A DNA stretch of 64,000 nt from positions 28,708,001 to 28,772,000 of the forward strand of contig NC_087436.1 in the NCBI RefSeq assembly GCF_036321535.1, given 5' to 3'. Position 1 is the first letter of the stretch. Each line of letters starts with the position of its first letter. Source of the stretch: Camelus dromedarius. Lineage: Eukaryota. Positions 25,420-38,620 of the stretch are shown piece after piece. Made by a program: the position numbers and the translations under genes. Below the pieces are notes generated by a model. That model made no database searches. It had not been told where the DNA came from and worked only from the letters and a program-made list of their open reading frames with translations.

Positions 25420-25830
25420 AGAACTGAAACACTAACTTCCAAAGTGTCTGTACCATTTTGTATTACTAACAGCAATATATAAAATTTTAAGTTGCTTCAT
25501 ATTGTCATTTGTCCTCATCAATCTTTAATTTTAGCCATTCTAATAAATGCATAGTGGTATGTTATTGTGGTTCTAATTTGCATCTCCTTAGTAACTAATA
25601 ATTTTTGAGAGTCTTTTTAAATAGTTGTTTAATATATCTTTCAGTTAATAATCTATTTTATAATTTTATCCATTTTAAAAACTGGATATTTTTTAAGTTA
25701 AGATTTTTAAAAATCTATTTTGCATACAAGTCTTTTTTGAGATTTATGTTTCACTAATACTTTTTCACAGTTTGTGTCTTGCCTTTTTATTTTCTTAAGA
25801 GTATATTTTGAAGTGCAAAAGTTTTAATTA
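25420..25830 (-). mobile_element. Old L1 ORF2 3' fragment
   Basis: ttccaaagtgtctgtaccattttg; ttttagccattctaata...gtggttctaatttgcatctcc. Confidence 0.8.
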
Positions 25831-26239
25831 TTCTTTTCCTCATCTTTTCTTTACTCAATTCAAACTAGATTATAGACATGTATTCCTCAAGAAAGAGATG
25901 ATGAAGTAGAAAAGAGAGAGTTTTAAGACCCTAAAGATATAAACAAGGAATTTGGAAACTTTTTTCCCTTCCCTGAGAATTTCTAAATTTTCTTCTAGGT
26001 AAGAGAGCAGAGAGATGACCTCTCTTCCCTCCAAACCACATAATAAAGGCCAGGACATCTTTCAGAGCTCAGGTCACAAGTCACAGGTCCAGGAATGTTC
26101 TTTGTAGTCCCTAGAGGAAGGCTAGTTCCTCTAGCCTTCCAGGTTAAGGCATGCCCTTTTGTTAAAAACTTTATAGTTCTCTGCTCCCTCCCCCACTTTT
26201 TAAAATAAAATTACCTGTTTTTAATATTGAACTTATTAT

Positions 26240-26370
26240 GGTGATTCCTTGGTTAATATCTGTCTTCCCCTACTAAGGTGCAATTTTCATAAAGGCACGA
26301 ATGTTGTTGGTTTTTATTCAGTTCACCCTCAGTGACTAGAACAGTACATGGCATGTTGTTTTTAATTAAC
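26240..26370 (+). mobile_element. L2 3' end
   Basis: tctgtcttcccctactaag...cagtgactagaacagtacatggca. Confidence 0.6.
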
Positions 26371-28769
26371 ATATCTGTTTCCCAAATATGTATGGTTAGA
26401 TCTGCCTCAAAGCTGTGGAATCTCATGTTAACAAATACACATGTAGAACAATATGAATTAGCTGTGCATTAGACTTAATATGCGCGATAAAACCCAAGTT
26501 TCTTTTTGTCTGTTATTGACCTTTCTTGTTCTTGGGCCCGCGTGTCTGCTTACTCTGCAGGTTAAGCCTGAGGTTTAAAGATTGCTCAGTTGCTTCTATT
26601 TAAAAAGAATCTCAGCAAACGTTGAGTCAAATCAAAGTCTCAACTCCCTCTCCTAGCTGCTCCTGTCATGTCAAGATTTCCCCTCCTTTTCCACATTCCC
26701 AGGTTTAGTACAGGGGAAATTTTAGAGGATGGGCCTTTCAGCCACATGCTGTATTGGGTGCTTGCCAGGTGTCTCTGAGATGTCTGCCAAACACCAAGTT
26801 AAGGTTCATTCTGAGTCCACAAGGTGTGGCTGGTAATACTTTACCTTTTGGGAAGGGGTGGGGGGATCTGCTCTATTACACCCAAAAGATTGTATATCCA
26901 ATTCTCTAGTAATTACTGTGTGTATTATTTTAAAAACCTCAAAATTATTGTTTCTTTCTTAGTGCAGTTTAATACTGAAAAGGGATTTTTCAATGTATTA
27001 TAAAAACTAAAAGTAGAATACATATAATGAAGATCAACTACTTGTTTGAAAAAATAAATGCTTTGATAAAAATATTCTGAAATTGTAGATGAGCATAGCA
27101 TTTTATGTAAATGTAGGACAATGGCAATAAAAGGAATATTTATCTTTATGCTTTAGAATATTATAGTACTTCCAAAGTACAGATTTAGAGTTATATCTAA
27201 ATATAAATCCAGATATAGATTTGTTTTTAATGAATTATTTTGGATAACAATCATGACTATATTGCATATTTCATACTGTCTTTTTAATATGTTAATTAGA
27301 AAAACAGAATTATTTTTATAATATGAACTGATATTCATGAATTGTGATAAGAATAAATAAGGTTTAGATAAATTTATATTTCTTATACAACTTTAGTGAG
27401 TGTCACTTTCATTGCATTCTATATGAATGCTTTCCCAGGGCAAATTCCAGAATACAATGTGAATGGTGCCCTTAGGAGTAATAGAACTCAGCAGCCCTGG
27501 AGGAATACGCTCTGGAGATGCCAACATAGCTAATTCTTAAGGGAAGAGTTGCTTCCCAAGTATCGCGTCTCATCTGGATGACTTCCTTCAGAAATTAAGG
27601 AGGGGACAGACGTGTTTGGAGATTAGAGAGAATGGTAATAGCAAGGAAATGAAAAGCATGAAGTTTTACAAAAGGCTTTAAGGTCACTGTCTGGAAAATG
27701 GTGTCCTAAACTTTAAAAAAAAGGTAATAAGGCTATGAGTTGATAAAGATATATGGAGCAACAGCTAATAAAAATAAATTTTAGAAACATAACTATTTAC
27801 CTTCATGAGAAGGAAAGCTCAAAAAACTGTATTCAAATATTTGAAAAACCTGTTAAGAGACCTTCCCTTTTTTAAAACTCCTTCTAGATGTGCTTATCCT
27901 TTTATCAGAAAGAGCAATATTGAAACAAATATAATTATGAAGACTAAACGTTATCTCTACAGTTAATTAGATATGCATATTTAATTACATTATACATTAT
28001 ACAGTAGTAATCAAGAACAATTGTAATTTACAGACTCATCTCCTTTAACAGAATGAAAATAATCACCCGAATTTTATAAACAGTCTTCTCCAAAACCAAT
28101 TCTGAGTTCATAGTTAAAGCCTTTATTTCAATAGAAAGCTTCATCTTCTTTTTTATTTTATACTAAGTCTAAAAAAATACAAAAAAGCCATTTTCTTGCT
28201 GAGTTTTAGTGAGTTTTCTTTATTTTTATTTTTTGAATATTCTAAGTGAACCCAGGCCAAGTCTAAATTGTATCAGAAAAGCACTTGATTGTCTTTAGTA
28301 AGTGATAAGTACAATTACAATCAAATAATTCAGGTATCATTTGAAGAAAACAATTGTTTAATTTCCAGAATATTTAACTCTAATTGTTGCAAGATGACCA
28401 AGCACCTTTATAATTAGTACCCAAATCTAAAATCACTCTTTATTATGAATTGTATCATCATTACTAATGATGGACAGCTGCAGTGTTCCATGCTACTATT
28501 TAGGCAATTGTTAATTTCTGTTGCTGATAATTAAATGGAGATGACGATGCTAATGAACACCTTTCAGGTAGTCGCTTCACTCTGAGTGAGTAAGTGCAGA
28601 ATACCACACTGATGAGATCCCGCTCATGCTCCAAGGTTTTTGTAAGCAATTCCACAAATTAAAGGGGTTGGTTTAGATAATCTTCCATCTTTAGACTGCT
28701 CTGTTTTCATCAAATTATTTTTCTTTAAATGGGATCATCATAATAGTATTCATCGAGAATCTTTGTATG

Positions 28770-28935
28770 ATAAATAGCTAATAATTACAGAATACTCCTG
28801 TGTACTAGGCTCTATTGGAATACTTTGGAGTTACTAATTCCTTTAAACTTCACAAGAAGCTTATGAGAGAAATTATTAATGTTATTGCATTATACATATG
28901 AACAAATACACAAAAAGAAGTTAAATAACTTACTC
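28770..28935 (-). mobile_element. Degraded MIR
   Basis: atagctaataatttac...tgtgtactaggc...cttcacaag...tatgag...gaagttaaataactt. Confidence 0.6.
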
Positions 28936-29638
28936 TTAACTCCTAGGCTATACTACCTCTTAAACTGGAAAAACATTTTCAATATTGTAAATACGCTCAT
29001 TACAATTAGAAATGACTAGTAATTTTAGACATTAATTTAGGAATATGTAAATGATGGGTTTTTTTCTCTCTGTTCCTCTAATTTAATCTTTCTACTGTCC
29101 GGATATAACATCATGTTTATCTAGACAGCTAAAGCGTAAGATCTGAGCACAAAGAATAATACTGAAATCATGAGGAAATAATATGAAACCAAGAGAAATC
29201 ATACTTTAAATTCTGAACTATTGTAGCACAGTTTAATTATAACATTAGGGTCAAGGGTTTAAAATGTGGTGCCAGAAATATTCCAGTCAAGTTATTTTGC
29301 AATTAGCCAATCATACCCCCTTACTCTTAGAGACAAATGTTAATCACAATTAAGCCAAGTGGAGGGGCCAGGACTTCACCATGGATGGTGCCATGCTAAT
29401 ATTGCCATAACCATTTTCAAACTCTACATCAGAGATTCTCCAATCTTACGTTACAAAATCCTTTTAGAATATAATTATTTTCTAAAAAATATGTATGCAT
29501 ATTTAGAAGCACATCTTTATATAATACTAGAGATCACACGTTTTTCTGAAGATTGTCTGTCTTTTTGAACCACCAAAAGAGTTCCTGCCCTAAGCTTTTG
29601 AACATTATACCATATCTTCCTTTATTTATCTCATTAAT

Positions 29639-29698
29639 TGCTAATGGCATTTATTTATGTTTTACTTATGCTGATGGCATTTATTTATGTTTTATTTA
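29639..29698. repeat. 30-bp tandem duplication
   Basis: tgctaatggcatttatttatgttttactta / tgctgatggcatttatttatgttttattta (2 mismatches). Confidence 0.95.
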
Positions 29699-29989
29699 CG
29701 CTCCTCTCTTCAATTCAACATATTGAGAAAGCACAATGTATATACTGTTAATTAATGGCACAATAAATTAAGATAAAATAAGAAGACCAAGACTTAAGAC
29801 ACTGAGTTGTTCAAAGACTTGTAGGCGGAAGAGGCAAAAAGTTCCCAAAGCATACTCTGTTGGTACCTAACCCAGCAACTCGAGGGACACATTTACCAGT
29901 TTAATGAGCTCATCCCACAATTGTTATGAGTGTTGCTACTAACAGCTAACTCCTTTTTGAAGGCTTGCTGTTGGGTAAGTCAAGCTACC

Positions 29990-30290
29990 TGTAATGAGTT
30001 GCCTATACATTTTATCCTACCAGGGTGATCTCTAGCTAATGGCTGACAGGTTTAGCCAACAAAATCTCAGCTTCTCTGGGGAAAAATAAAATTTCACTAA
30101 ATTCTGCTGTTCATTCTATGGTCCAGAGCTCACAAGGGATGAGGCTGAGCCTAAAACTTACCCGAACCCACAGTCTTGCTTAACTTCTTACCCTTCCTTT
30201 TCATGCTGTCCTCATTCTCATAAGTTTTCTCTCCTGAACAGTTTTTTTTAATTAATCACTTGCACATGACTCAGGAAATCTAACATAAAT
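29990..30290 (+). mobile_element. ERVL LTR16-family remnant
   Basis: cttgcttaacttcttacccttcc...ttaattaatcacttgcaca is typical of the LTR16 3' part. Confidence 0.65.
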
Positions 30291-30758
30291 TAATTTCAGT
30301 GCTATTAAACAAATAGTATTACTACTTCTACTAATAGATAAATAAATTACATTGGCTACTGACTATCTGCCAGAAATTCTTATAAGCATTTTAGATCATT
30401 TAAGTTTTCTAAGTTTGAAATATTTATTCTGATAATAAAAATAATACAATTTCAATAATGATCACTTAAGTTCCTACAATGTGATTAGTTCAGAATTTGC
30501 ATTTCAGCTGAATTTGGGAGTTTTGCTTCCCCAACTTCATAGATTAAGAATTTAAAACACAGTGAGTTTAAGCTTAAGTTAACTGTGCAATCCTGCATAT
30601 TGATATTGATGGTGTTCAATAAATTAATGAACCAACCATGTCTAGTTTGAAAGTTATTGGGGAAAATCAAAGGCAAAGTAAAAAAATCATGCAGTTCTTT
30701 CTGTATCTTTTTTCTATCAGTAATTTAGAAAATAAAGGATTCTAGTAAAGGAACATTT

Positions 30759-30833
30759 TGGAAACCCAACTATGGAGTTAAATTATACAATGGAATGGAA
30801 ACCCAACTATGGAGTTAAAATTATACAATGGAA
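30759..30833. repeat. 37/38-bp tandem duplication
   Basis: tggaaacccaactatggagttaaattatacaatggaa twice, differing by one A. Confidence 0.95.
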
Positions 30834-31655
30834 TTGTTTTATGTTACTTTATAGTTAAACTTATTTTTAAAAGGTGGGCTTCTATTAATACTATCATAAA
30901 ACACGAATAATTAATTCTTATTTAATAATGTACAGTTATTTAAGTAAATAAGTTGTTTAAATGACAGTTTTGTCCACTAAATATTATTGAGCAACTCTAA
31001 GTATATCAGAGTATTCAGCCTAGTGACTAACAAGAAGCAGGTGCTGGATAAACATCTGTGAAGCAAATCCAACTTTAAGCACAGAGCTAAGAAAGAAAAA
31101 CATCAACCTTGTTGGAGACCTCCTATAAAGAACTGTGCTGTTAGAAGAAACAATGTATAGGTTTTAGAATTTAGTTTAAATATATATAAATATATTGGGA
31201 CAATTTATAAAAGGAGAAAATGAGAAAAATAATATAAAATGGTAAATTAATTGAGGTTCTCTTATATATGAACCAAAGAAAAACAGTAATCTCATAAAAA
31301 TTCAAGAAAAAGGGTTAATATACAATCAATTGAAAATATTACTGTAACTATTAAAAGTAAAATTTCTGCTTAATAGTAAATATTGAAAAGCATGTGTATG
31401 TTATATATATATATGATTATAATAGTTTTGTTACATTTAAATTACCTCATACTCATTTATATGTCGTGTAATTGCATAAATCTCCACTTAAATATATGTC
31501 ATCAAGTAAAAGTTTAGATGCATGTAGATTTTTAATTGGTGATGGTCATTTTGTTTAGTTTCACTCTGGTACAATGATGAATATTCAACATAGCATTATT
31601 CTCAATATTCTATACAATAAGTACATAATTATGTGTTTGCATTTGGCCTCCTAAC

Positions 31656-31728
31656 TTTTTTTCTTTTTTTTTTTTGCATTCTTTTTTATTGAAATATAGT
31701 CAGTTTACAATGTTGTGTCAATTTCTGG
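31656..31728 (-). mobile_element. L1 3' tail fragment
   Basis: Poly(T) + attgaaatatagtcagtttacaatgttgtgtcaatttctgg; flanking repeat TTGGCCTC at 31643-31650 and 31729-31736. Confidence 0.85.
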
Positions 31729-34149
31729 TTGGCCTCTTGAAATTTATGAAATGGGAGAAAAATGAACTGAGGAGGAAAATAAAAGTAAAGAATTGAGAGT
31801 GATGTGAAAGTACAGAAAACACTTTAATTATTTCCCTTACAGGAAATGAAGCAGAATAAAAAAAATTATAAAATTTCACTAAAATTTTATAACTGTCCGT
31901 AGCTTTAAACCAATATTATCATCACTGCTCTTTCAAATGTGGCAGAGGCAATCGATTTCTTCAGCACAATGAAAAGCCCAATTTTTACCATCAGATAAGA
32001 AAGGCTCTTCAGACTAATATACAGAGTGCTCACTACCACCTTCAATCACAAAGGAAGCTGAAAAAAGAAAAAAAAATGTTAAGAAACCTTTCATAAGTAC
32101 ACCTAAAAGCATCAAGAAATAAGGGAGGCAGGAGTTCCTAAAGGATGGTAATAGTTTTGTATTTAAAATGAGAGCACAATCTTTTCAGCCCATTTTTATG
32201 GTAGATGAAGGAATTCTAAGAAAGGGGAGACTCAGCTCTGTAGGAGACAAAAGGACCTATCTTCAGAGCACTGACATGACATTCTTTGGGAAGGTGCAGG
32301 GCAGTGAAAATATGTCAGGTGAGGAAGAAAAATAGGTACTGATAGAATATGATCGAAATAAAAATAACAAATGAGCTCAAGATGTACCTTCAGTTAATTC
32401 AAAGAGAAAAAGTTAAGGGAAGAAATATTTCTATATTAGTATTAAGTCAAATGCTGACAAAGGAAACATACTAGGCAAGAAGTTTTTATGTTCTTAAAAA
32501 CCATATGTTGCAAGTAGATAAAAAATGAAGTACCTTATTCTGCTTGAAATTACCTCAACCATTTTGATTTCCATCATTTTATGAGTCTTTTCAACACTGA
32601 AGTTCTGAAATTGCATGCTCATGACTCAGCATTTTATACTGATTTAGGGTCATTTGAAAGTATATGTAGTCTATCAAACAGACTTTTTCAAATTATAGCA
32701 AAGTACCTATATTCAGAAACTTAATGTTGCTTCTGTTTTCTTTTTCTTGTTCTTCAATAAATAACTGATACTTAAATTAGTTTTTCTTATTGTTTAATTC
32801 TGTAAGCTACTTAATAGAATATATACCACTTTCTAATAAACAGGAAATTCTGTATTTCCTCACTACAGTCAAGAAAACAGCAGTACTCCATGTCTTGCAT
32901 TTTAATATATTTATATTTTAAATAACATGTGTACTTTACAGTTTGTAGTGTTTTTCACAAAGACAATTGGGAGAAGAACATCGATCTTTATTAAGTATTT
33001 GGAATGTATAATAATAGAAATTTAAAAATCACAGATGGTCTGGCTAGTCGATATGTATTTATAACATTTAATAAGGGAACAATGACCTATTTTAATGTAT
33101 TTTACATGAAACTTCTGGTAGCTGTTAAAAGATTCAAATATAATCTCAATAGACCTCAATAAAAAGTTTCAAATATGAATTATGCTGCATTGAGACTCAC
33201 ATGCCATTTTGTGTCTAAGAGGCCATAACAGGCTTTTTTCCATACTCTCTTAGATTCATTTGTTAATATATATATTTTTAAATATTTTGTGAATATAAGG
33301 GTCATTTCTGAAGGTTCTGTTAAGAAACAAATAGTCTGAGAATTATTTTTCTCTGTTCTTTCTGAACTATGTCAAGTATTATTATCTTTTTCTAGCCTAT
33401 ATTTTTAATTTTATTGCTATAGAAATAATAGCATTGGAACTATTGTTCTAATGTTGGACTACATTTCTTTGGACTAATTTTACATGAGACAAACAAATTT
33501 TTATATGCTTAAGCAACTATATTGGAAATTTTATTTTATGTACAACTCCATTCACTAGTAACTCCTAGATCTTGTGTAATAAAATCTTGTTTGACAATAT
33601 AGAGTTACAAAAATACCACAGATACATCTTTTGCTTTCATTTTTTACTGCTTTGTAAATATACATTCTTAACTTGAGTACAATAATTTTTTCATATCATA
33701 TTCTAAACAAAATAACAAACCTGCTATACTCATAAAATATAGAGTTTTTAAACTTCTTATCCTCAATAAAATGTACCTAATTTAAAATATCACCCTGTAT
33801 GTCATTTAGGACTTAGCGCTCTACTAGTTGAGCAATATTCTGAGAATGGAAATACATGACATACCCCTTACACAGTTGTTTTAATCATATTATGATATTA
33901 AGAAGTACATTTTACTGCATCTTATTATTATGTTGAATTATAAGACACACATTGTACTGCATTTTACATTATTTAGGGTCATGTATTAATTAGAGCTTGA
34001 GAACATTGTCTTGTGATACGTTAATGGCAGTGTGTACAGAGAAGGATCATCTTTAGATCCTTATGATTCTAGGATTTTTCAGTATGGCATCAGTTCTTGC
34101 CAACAATGAAGGAATCCTACCATTTACATTCTATTTCGGTGTTAACCTG

Positions 34150-34670
34150 GAGAAGAAAACAATGCAAACGGAGGACCATAGTGGCCTGCAAGGCCCTGTC
34201 TGATCAGTCCTACCCCACCTCGCCATCTCCATTTGCACGCCTTCTCCCCTTATACTTTCTGCTCCAGCCACACTAGCCTTATTTGTTTCCCTTGAATAAT
34301 ACAAGCAATTTCTCTTCTGAATCTTTGGAATGACACTTCTACACCCAATTATTTTCTCTCATTTTTGTGAAAGTTGACTGATTTCACTTTCTGACTCTCA
34401 CTTCAACTATCACCTCTTCAGATCTCTCAAGCTTGATCACTCTTTGAAAAGAAACTCCACTCCTCCAACCACATTGGTCACCATCATGTCTCCCTCTTTA
34501 CTCCCTTCATAACATTTATCACTAGTGTACAGACACTTAATTTGCGTGCTTCTTTTCTGAATTAGAAGATCATAAGTTCCCTAACGAAGAGAGCTGTGGC
34601 CTGTCTAATTCCCAGTTCTATACCACCATTTACATCAATCACTAAGTCAGTAAAGATTTGTTAATATCTA
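34150..34670 (+). mobile_element. L2 3' region
   Basis: gtggcctgcaaggccctgtctgatc; tgctccagccacactagcctt; cttcataacatttatcac. Confidence 0.8.
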
Positions 34671-35807
34671 TAGTAAGAAGAAAATATCTTTTGAAAGGAA
34701 AAACTGCTCTACTCTATTTTAATTTCTCTAAGTAATTAATTTTTATAATTCAAAGTAAATTCAAATAAGGAATGTCATATTTTGCACTTGAATTTGGTTT
34801 TGATTATTACTATTATTGATTTTATAAGAAAGCAGAAGTTTGGTTGCAATCAATGAAGTTTTAAGATGTCAAATTGTAGAAGACACTAGAATGATGCTAT
34901 AGTCTTTAAGACCTGACAGCCTATATTTGGACCATCTAAGGAGTACAATAATTAATTGTTGTATTCCTGTAGTCACCAGACATTAAGAGATGAAAAATAT
35001 AGCAAATATCCTATGCTAAAAGAAAACCATGTAAGTTTATATGGTTATATTTTATGTTAACCCTTCACTTTTCTAAAATTGAGCCATCCTGAAGGACACA
35101 TTTACTTAAGACCCTAGATTGTCAAGTTTTTCTTTATTAGCTATGTTATCTGTAAGGATGGCTGTCCGTCTTATATATTTGTACCTAACTCAAATTTTGA
35201 AATATTCCTATGCTAAAGAAAGTCATTAGTAAATATCTCCTAGAAACCTTTTTAAGAGTGTGTTTGATGTAATTAGTTTTTTATCTATCTCACTAAATTT
35301 TTAAACTACAAATTTAAAAATACTTGGATAATCTAGTAGGTTGGGCATAGTCTGTTTCTTATTTGAAGGGAAGAGGAATGTCTTGTTTAGGCTGACAAAT
35401 GGCAGCTTTTAATGAATTAATTGCTTCAAAAGTCCTAGCTAAATTATTTTGCAACAAAATTCAACTCTGTCTTAAATGCATCGTGACCTCTAGTTTTTAT
35501 CTGATGAATTATGTCCCATCCGAAGTTAGTGTCAGCAGTTATTTATTGTCCTGGTTACAAATTGGCTGTTATGCAACTGAATTAATTTTGGGCAGAGATG
35601 TTTTCCATTTGTGCTTCCATATGACTGAGTGCTTTATAAAATCTGTACTTTCTCTTAAAGGAGACTGCTATTTAGAAGTTATACTTTGAGTATCTGTCTG
35701 AAACAAATTGAGTTCCTCCAGTTGTAAAAACGAGAATGGAAATAATAATTCCTTAAATTATTAAATTTAAATACTTTTGATTATTTAAAATATTTAAATA
35801 GTAACGT

Positions 35808-36028
35808 GGGTAGAGGGTATAACTCAGTGGTAGAGAATGTGCTTATTAGCATGCATGAGGTTCTGGGTTCAGTCCCCAGTACCTCCATTAAGAAATAAAT
35901 AAATAAATAAACAAACCTAATTACCCCCTCAAATAAATAAATAAATAAACCTAATTACCCCCTCAAATAAATAAATAAATAAATTAACCTAATTATCTGC
36001 CCCCCCCCAAAAAAATAAATTTAAAAAA
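35808..36028 (+). mobile_element. Vic-1-like SINE with triplicated tail module
   Basis: gagggtataactcagtggtagag...ggttcagtccccagtacctcc; three aacctaatta modules. Confidence 0.9.
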
Positions 36029-36429
36029 GAGGAAAAGGAAATGTAGACGAGAAAGAAAATATGATTTGTTGAAGAATGTGATTCACCCATCCAGATTTAG
36101 TGTAGACAAAATTTAGACATATGCTTCTCTTAAGAGAGTCAGCTATTGATTTAATAAGAGCTATCTACATGCCAGAAATTTGAAGAATAACATCTTTTGA
36201 TAAGTTTATTAAGTTGACACCATTTGTGTGATGTGGTAATCTATGAATATACTATAATAAGCAGCATATACCATTACCGTAATTAATTGGCCTAATATAA
36301 GGCTATATCTCTTAAGAGAATTCCTGAGATTAACAGGAAGATAAATAACTACTGCAAAATTCAAAGTAAAACCCTGTGACAGCCTGATGTAGAGAGGTGC
36401 TGCAGGAGAGGAACACATAAGTTTGGATG

Positions 36430-36590
36430 TTTAGGTTTGTATTCAAATCCTTGTTTTGTTGTTTTCTAAAGTGGTGACCTTGAATAAACTGCCTCACTTG
36501 AAGGAAATTCTATTTATTCAGAGATGATAATGCCTCTTCTCTGGGGTTGCTGGAAGCAGTGATGTGGCATAATCCAAGCACTCTGAAAGT
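36430..36590 (+). mobile_element. Degraded MIR
   Basis: ttcaaatcc...gtgaccttgaataaact...gatgataatgcct. Confidence 0.5.
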
Positions 36591-36754
36591 ATGATCTCTT
36601 TCCTAATAACCACTCCTATTTATCTTTTTCAAAATAAAGTATGACAACCTATGGTCCACAAGTAGTCAAAAACAATGGTATGTGTGAATAAAAACAAGTG
36701 CTTTTTTAAAAGAAAATATTTTGGAAGGATTCTATCATTAAAAAAAAATTGTAG

Positions 36755-36965
36755 AATTCTACTAGAAATTTAATCTAAGTCCTAACTCAATCACTCCTCG
36801 TTCTGTGATGCTGCCCTCAACATTTAACTGGTCTAAACTTAACTACATAATTAGAGAAAACAAGTAATATGCTTGTAATTTAAATCAAATGAGTTAATGT
36901 CCCTCAATACCTTACCAATCATGCAGCAATAATGAATAATTTAGTAACTTCCATCATTATTATTA
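36755..36965 (+). mobile_element. Degraded MIR
   Basis: aagtcctaactc...ctgtgat...aaatcaaatgagttaatg. Confidence 0.5.
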
Positions 36966-37899
36966 CTGTAAAAACATGCATAACTTCCAAACAATTAACA
37001 ATGTTCCAAGAATTTAGTAAGAACAAATTTTCAATGATCTTTTGCCATTGAATTTTATTTTATAGATTCTAGAACAACTGGTCCATAAGGAGACTATGAA
37101 GTTTGTAGGAAGTACTAGGACAAGAGGGATACTTTGTTTTCCTATGAATGTTCTTTTTTTGATAAAAAAAAAATTCACAGCAATCATTTGTTGAACTCAG
37201 GTTGAAGAGAAATAGAATCAAAGTATATAATATTAAATAGAACAAAAACATAGTTTAAAATACCCCTAGTACTTCAACAATGAAATAATTATTTAAAATA
37301 CCGTGGATTTTTATAATGCAGTTAGCATTACAACGAGGTAAAATGATTTTATTTCAATATAAAAATAACAATAAACCCAGAGAACAAAATTATATACTGA
37401 ATGCTTATGATATAATAGAAATCACATCAAAAGATATTGCAGGCTACTTAGCACTTGTGAATTTTGCCCAAATTTGTAGGAAAAGTACATATAATCATTT
37501 TAATGATCCATTTACTTTTAAAAGTTTTTGCTAAGTAGAATATTTTCTTTTAATTTATAATTCCCTAATGCAGCTCATCTGAATTCCCCCAATGACTTAA
37601 GGGACCACTGATTTTATTTTTAAACTTCAAAAATACACAAACATGGGCATACAAACCAACATTGAGTTTTTAATCTTTTGTGTGAAAAACATTTTGAAAG
37701 CATGTTGTCTGTTCCTATAATTACATCTCAAATTTAAAAATTCATGAGGAAAGATCATTTTAAAGTTTAAAGAAATAAATGAGCTAAAAGTAAATACATC
37801 AAATTAAAATTGTATAAAAGTTACTAATTATATAAAATCAATCCTACTTTTTTATCACATAGAATACAGAAATTTTGCTATGTATATTTTATATTATTT

Positions 37900-38620
37900 A
37901 TTGCTAGGTATTTATATCTTTTAAATAAACTAGGGTTTTGAATTATGATATACATGTACACAAGTCCCCTCAAAATGTTGAGATATATGATTGGTTTTGA
38001 TTAAATAATACATGATTCTTATTGTAAGGATAATTAATTTCTTTATAAAATCAAATATTTGAATCCATTACATGTCCCTTTATTTAAAGTCTTCATTAAG
38101 GTGTCTTAACAGTAGTTTTTACTTATCCTCATATAGACCCTGTGCCTTTCCACTTGTAGCAAGTTAAATACATACTCATAGAGAGCGCAAGCAGGAGAAA
38201 CATCACTTTGAATGGATCAATTTTAAAATTTATTTTGAAATGTTTTTATTTTAAATCTATTAACTTTTTGTTTATTATATGACCTCAAAACAATAATTTT
38301 ATATATAGGACATATATACATTTTAGTATTTTTCCACTTAAATATATTCTTTTACACATAACAGCTTTCTTACTCTTTTTTCCATCATTGATGTCATGCT
38401 TTCTTAACTATATTTTTATGTTTATACTTATGTTAAAACTGTGGGTGAAGAAGGGCCACCTTTCATTATTCTAATTGTAATGTCAGTACCTTTAGGTTTT
38501 CACCAGTAAGCAGATTGTTGCTTTTTAATTTTATTATTAATTGGAAATATTTATACATGTATGCTTGTGACGTGTTCATATATGTTGATAATTTAAGAAG
38601 TATTAGTTTTTAATAACAAA
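37900..38620 (-). mobile_element. Highly diverged L1 ORF2 fragment
   Basis: T-rich antisense L1-like motifs (ttatttaaagtcttc; tttaggttttcacca). Confidence 0.45.

Noticed and set aside
29639..30833. 30-38-bp repeats as a CRISPR-like array
   Set aside because: Two unrelated head-to-tail duplications without spacers, in mammalian DNA with no cas genes
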